From Bacteroidales bacterium (GTDB lineage Bacteria > Bacteroidota > Bacteroidia > Bacteroidales > BM520): a stretch of 64,000 bases of DNA. The DNA lies in NCBI GenBank assembly GCA_016285515.1, contig JAEEQW010000003.1, positions 122,316-186,315 on the forward strand, written 5' to 3'. The notes beneath the pieces were generated by a model that was not told where the DNA came from, did not search any database, and was given only the letters and a program-made list of their open reading frames with translations. This document shows positions 9,812-18,689 of this stretch, one piece after another. Every line of letters starts with the position of its first letter. Position 1 is the first letter of the stretch. The position numbers were made by a program, and so were the translations under genes.

Positions 9812-9988
9812 TTTATAATGTATTATTTTTCTCTTCTCAAAATTTTTTGCAAAGGTAGATAAATTTTGTCATATTTTAATTTGTTTGTGATAAAAAAAAT
9901 TTCATCAAAAAAGTTTTTTTTTAATAAAAAACACCGATATATAAAAAAAAAGAATTAATTTTACCGCCGAAAATAAAAGGTATTGCTT

Positions 9989-10243
9989 ATGAACAAATCA
10001 GAACTCATTGATTTTATTGCAAAAGATGCTGAAATCACAAAGAAAGACGCTGGAAAAGCTGTTGAATCCTTCATGAAAGCTGTTAAAGGTGAAATGAAGA
10101 AAAAAGACGGTAAGTTAACTCTCGTCGGCTTCGGAACATGGAGCAAGGTTCACAAGGACGCTCGTCAGGGCAGAAATCCAAGAACTCAGGAAGTTATCAA
10201 GATTCCGGCAAAGGATGCTGTGAAATTTAAATCAAGTTTCTAA
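9989..10243 (+). CDS. hup: HU family DNA-binding protein
   Basis: MNKSELIDFIAKDAEITKKDAGKAVESF...GFGTW...ARQGRNPRTQEVIKIPA is a classic HU/IHF pattern. The ATG at 9989 is preferred over the TTG at 9983. Confidence 0.9.
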   Translation: MNKSELIDFIAKDAEITKKDAGKAVESFMKAVKGEMKKKDGKLTLVGFGTWSKVHKDARQGRNPRTQEVIKIPAKDAVKFKSSF

Positions 10244-10253
10244 TCATTCGAGC

Positions 10254-10286
10254 AAAAAAAAAGGAGTGTGAACTCCTTTTTTTTTT
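10254..10286. terminator. Intrinsic terminator after the HU gene (A-run/hairpin/T-run)
   Basis: Stem AAGGAGT (10261-67) pairs with ACTCCTT (10272-78) around a GTGA loop. It is flanked by an A-run and a 10-nt T-run. Confidence 0.7.
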
Positions 10287-10297
10287 GAAAAAAAGTG

Positions 10298-10305
10298 TAT
10301 TTTTG
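10298..10305 (+). promoter_or_regulatory. -7 promoter box for the bTHX gene
   Basis: TATTTTTG, 23 nt upstream of the ATG at 10328. Confidence 0.5.
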
Positions 10306-10327
10306 CAAAAAATTTAAAATCAGAAAA

Positions 10328-10435
10328 ATGGGTAAAGGCGATAAGAAATCAAAACGTGGCAAAATCATCAACGGCACTTATGGTGTCAGACGTCCACGTA
10401 AAATTGCTAAGGATAATACTCCTAAGGAAGCATAA
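10328..10435 (+). CDS. 30S ribosomal protein THX (bTHX)
   Basis: A 35-codon ORF below the track cutoff. My translation is MGKGDKKSKRGKIINGTYGVRRPRKIAKDNTPKEA, a basic peptide matching the bTHX pattern (MGKGDKK..RGK...G.YG..RPR). It has its own promoter box and terminator. Confidence 0.8.
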   Translation: MGKGDKKSKRGKIINGTYGVRRPRKIAKDNTPKEA

Positions 10436-10440
10436 TTAGA

Positions 10441-10472
10441 AAAGGAATCAAACTGCATTGATTCCTTTTTTT
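10441..10472 (+). terminator. Intrinsic terminator after the bTHX gene
   Basis: Stem AAAGGAATCAA (10441-51) pairs with TTGATTCCTTT (10458-68), followed by a T-run. It abuts the stop of the convergent murD-like gene. Confidence 0.7.
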
Positions 10473-10474
10473 AT

Positions 10475-11779
10475 TTAATGCGTCTCCACGTAATCGTGGA
10501 TGCAGGTTACATAATATCTCCCTCTTTCCTCAAAATTCTTATATTGGTCGTAACTTGACGCAGCGGGTGAAAGCAGGCACTTTGTGTCTTTTGGAGTGTG
10601 CTCGAATGCCAATTCAATGATTTCCTTCATGTTGGCAGCATAAAAAATGTTGCAATTGTAGTTTTGTTCCTTGACAAGCTCACATATTCGTTTGCCGGCA
10701 TCACCAGTGGCAATTATGTTCAGACCATTGCATTTTGCCAAGTGTTTTGCAAATTTCTTATAGCTGATGCCACGGTCGAATCCTCCTAATATGATTGTTC
10801 CGACATTACCAAGAGCTGACATTGCAGCCATAGCCGAGTCGGGAATTGTGGAAATGGAATCGTTGTAAAATTCTATTCCCGAATAAGTGCCTACATACTG
10901 CAGTCTGTGAGGCAGTGGCGTGAAGGAACGCGCCCCCTCTTCTATGATTTCACGTGGTATGTTGAAATGTGATACGGCTTCTGCTGCAAATGCGAGATTC
11001 GTTTTGTTGTGCTGTCCTCTCAATTGTGTTTGCATGTCTTTTGTGTTTTCAATATTGATGGACTCAATATGGCTCACAACGGATGTCGGTGAATTCAGAA
11101 TGCGGTCGGTTATTTCTTTTTCCCTTCGGTCAATGATAAGTATGTCGTTTTTGCCTTGTTTTGTGAAAATGTTGCATTTGGCTTTGAAATATTGTTCAAA
11201 TGTGCCGAAATGGTCGAGATGTTCCTCACGAATGTTGAGGAATAATGCGATGTGTGGTGCGGTCTTAATGTGATTTAGCTGATGGGCTGAAAGTTCCATT
11301 ACAATAACCGTTTCATCGTCAATGGAATTTAGGGCTGAAAAGGCCGGGATACCAATATTTCCCACCAATACGTTCTTGATTCCTGCAGTGGTAAGCATGT
11401 GGGCTATAAGCGATGATGTGGTGCTTTTGCCTTTTGTTCCGGTTATTCCAATTACTCTGTTGCGATATTGTTGAAGGAATATGTCGGTCTGAGAAGTGAT
11501 TTTATCTTCAGGTATGCCTTCCATGAAATGTTCTGAGATACCAGGACTTTTGACAATAATGTCAAAATCGTTGATGTTTTCCAAGTAGTTAGGTCCGGTA
11601 ATGCAACGATATTGCTGTTTGATATCCTCCGGGATGCTGCTGTCGTTCTGATCGGCTATTGTTATGAGTTCGGAAGGAATGTATTTGCTGATTAGATTGA
11701 AAGACTCCTTTCCCTCACGCCCAAAACCGAGTATGATAGTCCTTTTCCCGTCGAAAATGGAATGAATCAGGTTGTTCAT
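10475..11779 (-). CDS. Mur ligase family protein, MurD-like (candidate MurD2, UDP-MurNAc-L-Ala--L-Glu ligase)
   Basis: N-terminal Rossmann region ILGFGREGKE, P-loop GITGTKGKSTT, and Mur ligase middle and C-terminal domains. I place the start at the ATG at 11779, giving an ATGA overlap with the upstream stop. The longer track ORF is an extension into the upstream gene. Confidence 0.75.
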   Translation of the reverse strand: MNNLIHSIFDGKRTIILGFGREGKESFNLISKYIPSELITIADQNDSSIPEDIKQQYRCITGPNYLENINDFDIIVKSPGISEHFMEGIPEDKITSQTDIFLQQYRNRVIGITGTKGKSTTSSLIAHMLTTAGIKNVLVGNIGIPAFSALNSIDDETVIVMELSAHQLNHIKTAPHIALFLNIREEHLDHFGTFEQYFKAKCNIFTKQGKNDILIIDRREKEITDRILNSPTSVVSHIESINIENTKDMQTQLRGQHNKTNLAFAAEAVSHFNIPREIIEEGARSFTPLPHRLQYVGTYSGIEFYNDSISTIPDSAMAAMSALGNVGTIILGGFDRGISYKKFAKHLAKCNGLNIIATGDAGKRICELVKEQNYNCNIFYAANMKEIIELAFEHTPKDTKCLLSPAASSYDQYKNFEERGRYYVTCIHDYVETH

Positions 11780-13137
11780 AGTTTCTCCGGAATGAAATTG
11801 CTGGCATTGTAATGGTTTAACATGGCTCCGAACTGAATCAGGTCCATAACTCTTTCCGACCGTGGACATTTATCGATGTATGGTAAAAGTATTCCTTCAG
11901 GCTCGTTTTCCGACAGATACTTTGCGATAGCCGCTCTTGTCTCCTTGACTGTCCCGACACATTCAAACGGCTTTGTTTCGGATAGTCCGGTTAGTTGGTA
12001 AAGAGTTTCTTGAAGATTATCATTGAGTAGCAGATTGCTGCCGAAAATTTCTGTAAGCTTGTCTTTGGGGATGAATGGCATAAGCATTATATATACAAAA
12101 AGACACTTCGGACAGTTGCCGCACCATATATTCCCTTGTTTGCTTCCCACATTGCAACTCCTGAATACCTTGTAATATTGTGGATAGTGGGAGAACTTTT
12201 CTGCAATCTTTAATTCGGTTATTGACCGCAAGTAGCTGAAATAGTTGTAATTACTTGAAATATATTTCTTGTAGTATTTTCTGAAAGAGGACTCGAAGGC
12301 AAATGTTTTTGAGTACTGATGGTTTATAATGTCGTTGTTGTTTGCGACTGTTGATTCATTGGCGCTTTCCTCGTTTGACAGTGCAATCATTGAGGTGTTT
12401 GTCATTTCAGCGGCAAGGAGGGAGCAGAAAGCGACAATTGCTGAAAAAGGAGTATGTCCGTTCAATGCACCTTGTTCGTTGAGTTTCAGAAGGGCAGGGT
12501 CAAGCTGACGGTTGACAACGAAGACGTCATCATCTGAAAATCCGGCGGTTTTAATGCAATCCATCATCGGTTTGTTGGGGTTTATCACAAACGGTATGAT
12601 GTCGTGTCTGTTTTTCAGTTCTTCCATAGTAACCACAGAATCCTTGCCTCCGCCAACGGGGATGATGATTTTATTGACAAAGAGGCTGGAACCGTCGGAT
12701 ATGGGTTTTGGTATGGAATATTTTGGGTTCGGATAGAATTTTATGAAATTATCCTTGTCGGTTGTGATGTGGTTTTTATAGCGGAATTCTCCAAGTCCAT
12801 AGTAGAACAAATCTTTCCACCATTCAATTTGGTTTTCGGAGAGATCGTGACAGGCAACGATGAAATCATGCTGACATGTTGTTTTCCAGTAACTTATTGA
12901 TTCCACCATGCCAAGATTGAAGACTATTTCATTTATGCGTTGGTAGTCAAATATTCCGTCGAAATATTTTTGGGGAATTATGAATTGGAGTGTAGGGTAG
13001 AAGTCAACATGCTTGTCGTTGAAAAAAACTCTGAAGTTATAATATGCTGTCAGGACATTGTCGTCAATAGAAAACTGATACCCGATATATTTGAAAGGTA
13101 CCTCGGTGTTTTCTTTGTCTAAAAGATTATCAGTCAT
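11776..13137 (-). CDS. Candidate MurL-like protein (UDP-MurNAc-L-Ala-L-Glu epimerase family), PP-loop-like
   Basis: 453 aa from the ATG at 13137 (MTDNLLDKENTEV). It has a PP-loop-like motif IIIPVGGGKDSVV and a Cys motif WCGNCPKC, and it is translationally coupled to the MurD-like gene. The track ORF (to 13260) is a spurious extension through the tRNA gene. Confidence 0.55.
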   Translation of the reverse strand: MTDNLLDKENTEVPFKYIGYQFSIDDNVLTAYYNFRVFFNDKHVDFYPTLQFIIPQKYFDGIFDYQRINEIVFNLGMVESISYWKTTCQHDFIVACHDLSENQIEWWKDLFYYGLGEFRYKNHITTDKDNFIKFYPNPKYSIPKPISDGSSLFVNKIIIPVGGGKDSVVTMEELKNRHDIIPFVINPNKPMMDCIKTAGFSDDDVFVVNRQLDPALLKLNEQGALNGHTPFSAIVAFCSLLAAEMTNTSMIALSNEESANESTVANNNDIINHQYSKTFAFESSFRKYYKKYISSNYNYFSYLRSITELKIAEKFSHYPQYYKVFRSCNVGSKQGNIWCGNCPKCLFVYIMLMPFIPKDKLTEIFGSNLLLNDNLQETLYQLTGLSETKPFECVGTVKETRAAIAKYLSENEPEGILLPYIDKCPRSERVMDLIQFGAMLNHYNASNFIPEKL

Positions 13138-13153
13138 GTGATTGTTAGTAAAG

Positions 13154-13226
13154 AGCGGGAAACGGGTCTCGAACCCGCGACCTTCAGCTTGGGAAGCTGA
13201 CGCTCTGCCAACTGAGCTACTCCCGC
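13154..13226 (-). tRNA. tRNA-Gly (anticodon CCC)
   Basis: Manual cloverleaf on the reverse strand: GCGGGAG-TA-GCTC-AGTTGGCA-GAGC-G-TCAGC-TTCCCAA-GCTGA-AGGTC-GCGGG-TTCGAGA-CCCGT-TTCCCGC-T. It is 73 nt and has no encoded CCA. Confidence 0.9.
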
Positions 13227-13237
13227 TTTTGAGGCTG

Positions 13238-13245
13238 CAAAAATA
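13238..13245 (-). promoter_or_regulatory. -7 promoter box for tRNA-Gly (and probably the two downstream CDSs)
   Basis: The reverse strand reads TATTTTTG, 12 nt upstream of the tRNA 5' end. Confidence 0.55.
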
Positions 13246-13296
13246 ATATTTTTTTGACAATGGTTACAATTTTTCAAGTGTATAAAAAAAAATAAT

Positions 13297-13304
13297 TATT
13301 TTTG
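13297..13304 (+). promoter_or_regulatory. -7 promoter box for ppdK
   Basis: TATTTTTG, 51 nt upstream of the ATG at 13355. Confidence 0.5.
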
Positions 13305-13354
13305 CACCTTTGAAATTTGACCAAAGATAATTATTAAAAATTAATAATAATATT

Positions 13355-16081
13355 ATGACTAAAAAAGTAAAGTACGTTTATACTTTTGGTGGAAAAACCG
13401 CTGAAGGTAATGCTGAAATGAAAAACCTATTGGGCGGCAAAGGTGCCAACCTTGCGGAGATGTGCCTGCTCGGTCTTCCAGTTCCGGCTGGTTTGACAAT
13501 TACAACTGAATGTTGCACAGCTTATTATGCTAATAATTGTCAGCTTCCTAATGGTCTCATGAAAGAGGTGTTGGAAGGTTTGAAGAATATTGAAAAAATT
13601 ATGGGAATGAAATACGGTGATCCTGAAAACCCACTTTTGGTTTCATGCCGTTCCGGTGCGCGCAGTTCTATGCCAGGCATGATGGATACCGTTCTCAATA
13701 TTGGATTGTGCTCAAAGACTATCCCTGGTCTTATTAAGAAAACCAATAATCCGCGTTTCGTCTATGACTCATACCGTCGTCTTATTATGATGTATGCTGA
13801 TGTTGTGATGGAGAAGGCTGAAGGAATAGAGCCCGCCGATAACAAGGGTATCAGAAAACAACTTGATGACATACTTGACAATTATAAAATCAAACATGGT
13901 TACAAATCTGATACGGAAATCACCGCCGAAGAATTGAAAAAACTTGCTGACACTTTCAAGAAGAAAGTGAAACAGGTGCTCGGCACTGAATTTCCTGATG
14001 ATGCGATGGCTCAACTTGAAGGTGGTATAAAGGCTGTATTCAAGAGCTGGAACGGCAAGAAGGCTGTTTCATATCGTCGTATCGAGGGTATTCCTGACGA
14101 TTGGGGTACTGCTGTAAACGTTCAGGCAATGGTATTCGGTAATATGGGTGAAACTTCAGCTACGGGCGTTGCATTCACCCGTGACCCGGCTACAGGCGAC
14201 AACAAGTTCTATGGCGAATGGCTCATCAATGCTCAGGGCGAGGATGTTGTGGCAGGTATTCGTACTCCAAATCCTCTCAATGATGACACAAAGAATGCCC
14301 AGAACAAGCATCTTCATTCATTACAGGAATTAATGCCTAACCTTTACGATGAATTGTTTGAAATCCGCAATATCCTTGAGAATCATTACAAGGATATGAT
14401 GGATATCGAATTCACCATTCAAGATAAGAAACTGTATATGTTGCAGTGCCGTGTAGGCAAACGTACCGGCCGTGCTGCTGTCAAGATGGCTCTTGATATG
14501 AAGCATGAGGGCTGGATTGATGAAAAGACATCGGTGTTGCGTGTTCCGGCTGACAAGATTATTGAACTGATTCTTCCTATTTTGGATCCAAAAGAGGAAA
14601 AGAAATATAAACCTATTGCCAAGGGACTCCCTGCAGGCCCTGGCGGTTCTGTAGGCAAGATAGCACTCACAAGCGAAAAGGCAAAGGAATACAAGGCAAA
14701 GAAGACTCCTTGCATCATTGTGCGTGAGGAAACTAATCCTGAAGACGTGGAAGGCATGCGTGCTTCCAACGGTATCCTGACTGCTCGTGGTGGTATGACC
14801 TCCCATGCAGCTCTCGTAGCCCGTGGCTGGGGCAAGTCCTGTATCGTCGGATGCTCGGATGTCGAAATTGACCTTGCAAAGGGTGAGGTGAAAATAGGTG
14901 AAAAGGTCTTCCATGAAGGCGATTACCTTTCATTGAACGGTACTATGGGATTGGTCTATGGCGTTGAGATTCCTCTGATAATTCCTGAAATAGAAAAAGA
15001 CACTTTGTATCAGGAGTTCATGAAGATAGTTGACAAGCATCGTAAGATGGGTGTTCGTACAAATGCTGACACACCTAAGGATGCAACCAATGCCGTGCGT
15101 TTTGGTGCTGAAGGTATCGGACTTTTCCGTATTGAACACATGTTCTATGGTGAAGACGGCAAGGAACCGCTCGTAAAGCTGCGTAACATGATTCTCGCTA
15201 AAACGACCGCAGAACGCAAGTCGGCTTTGGCAGAACTTGAACCTTACATACGCAAATCAGCAAAAGCCACTTTGAAAGTCATGGATGGCAAACCTCTGAC
15301 ATTCCGTTTGATGGATCCTCCATTGCACGAATTTGTTCCTAAGGAAAAGGACAAACAAAAAGAACTTGCAGCAGAACGTCACATGAGATTAAAAGATCTC
15401 CAGGCACGTATCGATGCACTGCATGAGGTTAATCCGATGATGGGACTTCGTGGCGTACGTCTTGGCATTCTTTATCCTGAGATTTCCGAGACACAGTTCC
15501 GCGCTTTGTTTGAAGCAACTGCAGAACTTATGAAGGAAGGTAAGCATCCAATCCTTGAAATAATGGTTCCTCTTACAATCAACGTAAAGGAATTGCAGCA
15601 TCAGAAGGCTATTGCCGACAGAGTACAGGCTGAAGTTGAGGCCAAATTCAAACTGAAGATCGATTATAAGTATGGCACTATGATTGAAATTCCACGTGCC
15701 ACACTGGTAGCAGACAAAATTGCAGAGCTTGCCGAATTCTTCTCATTCGGAACCAATGACCTTACTCAGATGACATTAGGATTCTCGCGTGACGATGTCA
15801 ATAAGATAGTTGGCTTGTATACCAAGGAAGGCATTATCCCTGCCGATCCATTCAACACTTTGGATCAGGAAGGTGTCGGACAGCTTGTCAAGTTGGGCGT
15901 TGAACGTGGACGTGGCACCCGCAAGAACTTGAAGGTTGGTGTCTGCGGAGAGCATGGTGGTGATCCTGCGTCAGTGGAATTCTTCTACAATACAGGCATG
16001 ACCTACGTTTCATGTTCACCATTCCGCGTACCTGTAGCTCGTCTTGCTGCCGCTCAGGCTGCAATCAAGGCCGCTAAATAG
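13355..16081 (+). CDS. ppdK: Pyruvate, phosphate dikinase
   Basis: 908 aa with the phosphohistidine motif RGGMTSHAALVARGWGK, an ATP-grasp N-terminus and a PEP-utilising C-terminal TIM domain. Confidence 0.95.
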   Translation: MTKKVKYVYTFGGKTAEGNAEMKNLLGGKGANLAEMCLLGLPVPAGLTITTECCTAYYANNCQLPNGLMKEVLEGLKNIEKIMGMKYGDPENPLLVSCRSGARSSMPGMMDTVLNIGLCSKTIPGLIKKTNNPRFVYDSYRRLIMMYADVVMEKAEGIEPADNKGIRKQLDDILDNYKIKHGYKSDTEITAEELKKLADTFKKKVKQVLGTEFPDDAMAQLEGGIKAVFKSWNGKKAVSYRRIEGIPDDWGTAVNVQAMVFGNMGETSATGVAFTRDPATGDNKFYGEWLINAQGEDVVAGIRTPNPLNDDTKNAQNKHLHSLQELMPNLYDELFEIRNILENHYKDMMDIEFTIQDKKLYMLQCRVGKRTGRAAVKMALDMKHEGWIDEKTSVLRVPADKIIELILPILDPKEEKKYKPIAKGLPAGPGGSVGKIALTSEKAKEYKAKKTPCIIVREETNPEDVEGMRASNGILTARGGMTSHAALVARGWGKSCIVGCSDVEIDLAKGEVKIGEKVFHEGDYLSLNGTMGLVYGVEIPLIIPEIEKDTLYQEFMKIVDKHRKMGVRTNADTPKDATNAVRFGAEGIGLFRIEHMFYGEDGKEPLVKLRNMILAKTTAERKSALAELEPYIRKSAKATLKVMDGKPLTFRLMDPPLHEFVPKEKDKQKELAAERHMRLKDLQARIDALHEVNPMMGLRGVRLGILYPEISETQFRALFEATAELMKEGKHPILEIMVPLTINVKELQHQKAIADRVQAEVEAKFKLKIDYKYGTMIEIPRATLVADKIAELAEFFSFGTNDLTQMTLGFSRDDVNKIVGLYTKEGIIPADPFNTLDQEGVGQLVKLGVERGRGTRKNLKVGVCGEHGGDPASVEFFYNTGMTYVSCSPFRVPVARLAAAQAAIKAAK

Positions 16082-16124
16082 GACTTTAATAATGCGGATG
16101 ACAGTTCCGCATTGCATGATATTT

Positions 16125-16163
16125 AAACCGGTATCTCCAAAATGGATTTACCGGTTTTTTTTG
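16125..16163 (+). terminator. Intrinsic terminator after ppdK
   Basis: Stem AAACCGGTA (16125-33) pairs with TACCGGTTT (16149-57), followed by a T-run. A smaller hairpin, AATGCGGA...TCCGCATT, lies at 16091-16113. Confidence 0.7.
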
Positions 16164-16472
16164 TGATATTATTAAAAATATGTGTGATGGTATTATCATC
16201 CAGTTATATACAGATACTCAGGCGTTTGTAGGGATATATCAAATACTACAACAACCAACGGCCGTGCTTCGCCATCGGCTATGACACCCCTAAGAACTAT
16301 CGGAAACGATTTTACAATAGGGAACTGCCAAGAAAACAAACTTTTGAGAACATGGTTCTCAGTACCGAACCGAAGTTCGTACAGAAAAAACGGCAAAACG
16401 CTGATAATTAGGATGGTTGCGAAGACGTGTCAACTTTCGGAAAAGAAAAAACCTGAAAAAGACGAAAATTGT

Positions 16473-16480
16473 CTACTTTT
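16473..16480 (+). promoter_or_regulatory. -7 promoter box for the sanA-like gene
   Basis: TACTTTTG, 53 nt upstream of the ATG at 16533. Confidence 0.5.
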
Positions 16481-16532
16481 GTCAATTATTTTACAGTCAG
16501 AGAGTGAAGTAGATGAAAAAGAGGAGCCAGAT

Positions 16533-17177
16533 ATGAAGAATAAAATAATTAAAATATGTGTTTGCACTATTGCCATTGTTGTTATTTTATGTTCGGTATT
16601 AATGCTTGTTTGCAACCAAATTGTGGTGAATAATGCGAAGGGCAAAGTGTCCTCAGACATCGAAAATATTAAATTCAATGAGGTTGGGCTGTTGCTGGGC
16701 ACTACACCACAGGCTCGAATAACTAAAGTTAAGAATTACTTCTTCATTTACCGCATTGACGCAGCTGAAAAACTGTATAAGGCAGGGAAGATAGAGAAGA
16801 TATTGATTAGTGGTGACGATAATAGCCTTGATGGTGTCAATGAGACTGAATGTATGAGGGATTCATTGGTGGCACGTGGAGTACCAGCGAGTGCCATTGT
16901 TTTGGATGGCAAGGGATACAGGACGATATGTTCCGTTATCAATGCTAACAAGGTGTATGGCCTGCAGAGCTTTACCATCATCTCGCAGAAGTTCCATAAC
17001 GAGCGGGCTATCTATCAGGCAGAGCATCTTGGACTGAATGTGGAAAATATTCAGGCATATAATGCTAAATACCCCAAGTCAAGGCGAGCGTACCTTATCA
17101 CAATTCGTGAATACTTTGCAAGGGTGAAATTGTTTTTGGATATTCTGTCATATAAAAAAGACTATGATATATCTTGA
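16533..17177 (+). CDS. sanA: SanA/YdcF (DUF218) family membrane protein
   Basis: From the ATG at 16533 the protein reads MKNKIIKICVCTIAIVVILCSVLMLV (TM helix), followed by the DUF218 pattern GLLLGTTP...ILISGD...SQKFHNERA. The upstream 84 codons of the track ORF contain the promoter box. Confidence 0.8.
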   Translation: MKNKIIKICVCTIAIVVILCSVLMLVCNQIVVNNAKGKVSSDIENIKFNEVGLLLGTTPQARITKVKNYFFIYRIDAAEKLYKAGKIEKILISGDDNSLDGVNETECMRDSLVARGVPASAIVLDGKGYRTICSVINANKVYGLQSFTIISQKFHNERAIYQAEHLGLNVENIQAYNAKYPKSRRAYLITIREYFARVKLFLDILSYKKDYDIS

Positions 17178-17249
17178 AGAATTTCATCTTTTATCAGATG
17201 ACCAGGAATTGAATATCTTTTGCAAAAGATCGATTTGTGAAAAAAGCAG

Positions 17250-17257
17250 TATATTTG
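17250..17257 (+). promoter_or_regulatory. -7 promoter box for nfeD
   Basis: TATATTTG, 22 nt upstream of the ATG at 17279. Confidence 0.5.
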
Positions 17258-17278
17258 CAAAATCAAAACATAACAAAT

Positions 17279-17710
17279 ATGGCAACCTATCAAATTTGGC
17301 TTATTGTAGCAATTCTGCTTCTTATCTTCGAAATCTGTTCGGCGACCTTTGGCGCCATCTGTTTCGCCATTGGAGCAGGCTTTTCGGCTTTAGCTGCTGG
17401 ACTTGGAGCAAATGTCACCTGGCAGATTATCATTTTTGCAGTGGTTTCACTATTGACCTTTATTTTCTTACGTCCTGTTGTGATGCGGTTTTTGGACAGG
17501 AGATCAAAAGATGTGAAAACCAATGCCGATGCCATCATTGGCAGAAAAGGAGTGGTCTCTGAACGTATTGATGCCGAGCAACATACGGGTCGTGTTGCCA
17601 TGGATGGCGACGACTGGAAAGCTGTGTCGGAAGATGGCTCAGTCATCGAGAAGGGTACCACCGTGGAAATCGTGAAATTGGACAGCATTATAGTAACCGT
17701 AAAACAATAA
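17279..17710 (+). CDS. NfeD family membrane protein
   Basis: Two or three TM helices followed by a C-terminal OB-like domain (GRVAMDGDDWKAVSEDG...GTTVEIVKLDSIIVTV). It sits immediately upstream of an SPFH gene, the canonical pairing. Confidence 0.8.
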   Translation: MATYQIWLIVAILLLIFEICSATFGAICFAIGAGFSALAAGLGANVTWQIIIFAVVSLLTFIFLRPVVMRFLDRRSKDVKTNADAIIGRKGVVSERIDAEQHTGRVAMDGDDWKAVSEDGSVIEKGTTVEIVKLDSIIVTVKQ

Positions 17711-17714
17711 CATT

Positions 17715-18671
17715 ATGAATTATGGCATGATTATTCTTTTTGTCTTGATCGCACTCGTCGTGATTTACATCCTTCGAGGCATTAAGATTGTTTCGCAGTC
17801 GGAGACTATGATTGTGGAACGTCTTGGTAAGTACAACCGTACCCTGAACGCTGGCATCAATGTCATCCTGCCTATCATCGAACAGGCCAAGGAAACCATC
17901 GTTCGCCGCCAAAATGGCGCATTGTCTCGCTCCTCGCATATCGACATGCGCGAGCAGGTGTATGATTTTGATAAACAGAGTGTTATCACAAAGGATAATG
18001 TGATGACCGAAATCAATGCCTTGCTTTATTTCCAGATTGTCGACCCGATGAAGGCTGTGTACGAAATCCAAAACCTGCCTGTCGCCATCGAGAAACTGAC
18101 GCAAACCACGCTCCGTAACGTGGTGGGTGAGATGGAACTTGACGAGACCTTGACTTCACGTGACACCATCAACTCGAAGCTGCGCAATGTGCTTGACGAT
18201 GCCACCAATAAATGGGGTGTGAAGGTCAACCGTGTTGAGTTGCAGGATATTACGCCACCTGAGAGTATTCGTCGCACCATGGAGCTCCAGATGCAGGCCG
18301 AGCGTAACCGTCGTGCCGAGATTCTGAAGGCAGAAGGTGAGAAGCAAGCACAGATTCTGAACTCTGAAGGTGAGAAACAAGCCGAAATCAATGCAGCTGA
18401 AGCCGACAAACAGGCTAATATCCTGAAGGCGGAGGGTGAAGCCCGTGCCAAAGTGTTGCAAGCTGAAGCCGAGGCTGCAGCCATCCGCAACATTGCCGAC
18501 GCCGTCGCCGACCGTGGTGCCGACCCTGTCAATTACTTGTTGGCTGTGAAGTATATCGAGACCCTTAAGGAAGTGGCTGGTGGACAACAGAACAAGACCG
18601 TCTATCTGCCTTATGAAGCTTCCAACATATTGGGCTCGTTGGGAGGCATTAAGGATTTGTTCGGGAAATAA
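17715..18671 (+). CDS. SPFH/band 7 (stomatin-like) protein
   Basis: 318 aa with an N-terminal TM helix, an SPFH domain and a C-terminal coiled coil carrying AEGEKQA-type repeats. Confidence 0.85.
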   Translation: MNYGMIILFVLIALVVIYILRGIKIVSQSETMIVERLGKYNRTLNAGINVILPIIEQAKETIVRRQNGALSRSSHIDMREQVYDFDKQSVITKDNVMTEINALLYFQIVDPMKAVYEIQNLPVAIEKLTQTTLRNVVGEMELDETLTSRDTINSKLRNVLDDATNKWGVKVNRVELQDITPPESIRRTMELQMQAERNRRAEILKAEGEKQAQILNSEGEKQAEINAAEADKQANILKAEGEARAKVLQAEAEAAAIRNIADAVADRGADPVNYLLAVKYIETLKEVAGGQQNKTVYLPYEASNILGSLGGIKDLFGK

Positions 18672-18689
18672 ACCGATACGGACATATGT

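Noticed and set aside
13138-13260. N-terminal 41 codons of the 494-aa track ORF (MSKKYYFCSLKSGSSSVGRASASQAEGRGFETRF...).
   Set aside because: This stretch is the reverse-strand reading of the tRNA-Gly gene and its promoter. The real CDS starts at the ATG at 13137.
14330-14914. 194-aa and 138-aa minus-strand ORFs.
   Set aside because: They are antisense to ppdK, which is unambiguous on the plus strand.
16281-16532. 84-codon upstream extension of the sanA-like ORF.
   Set aside because: It contains the TACTTTTG promoter box at 16473..16480 and has no SanA similarity. The SanA signal-anchor begins at the ATG at 16533.
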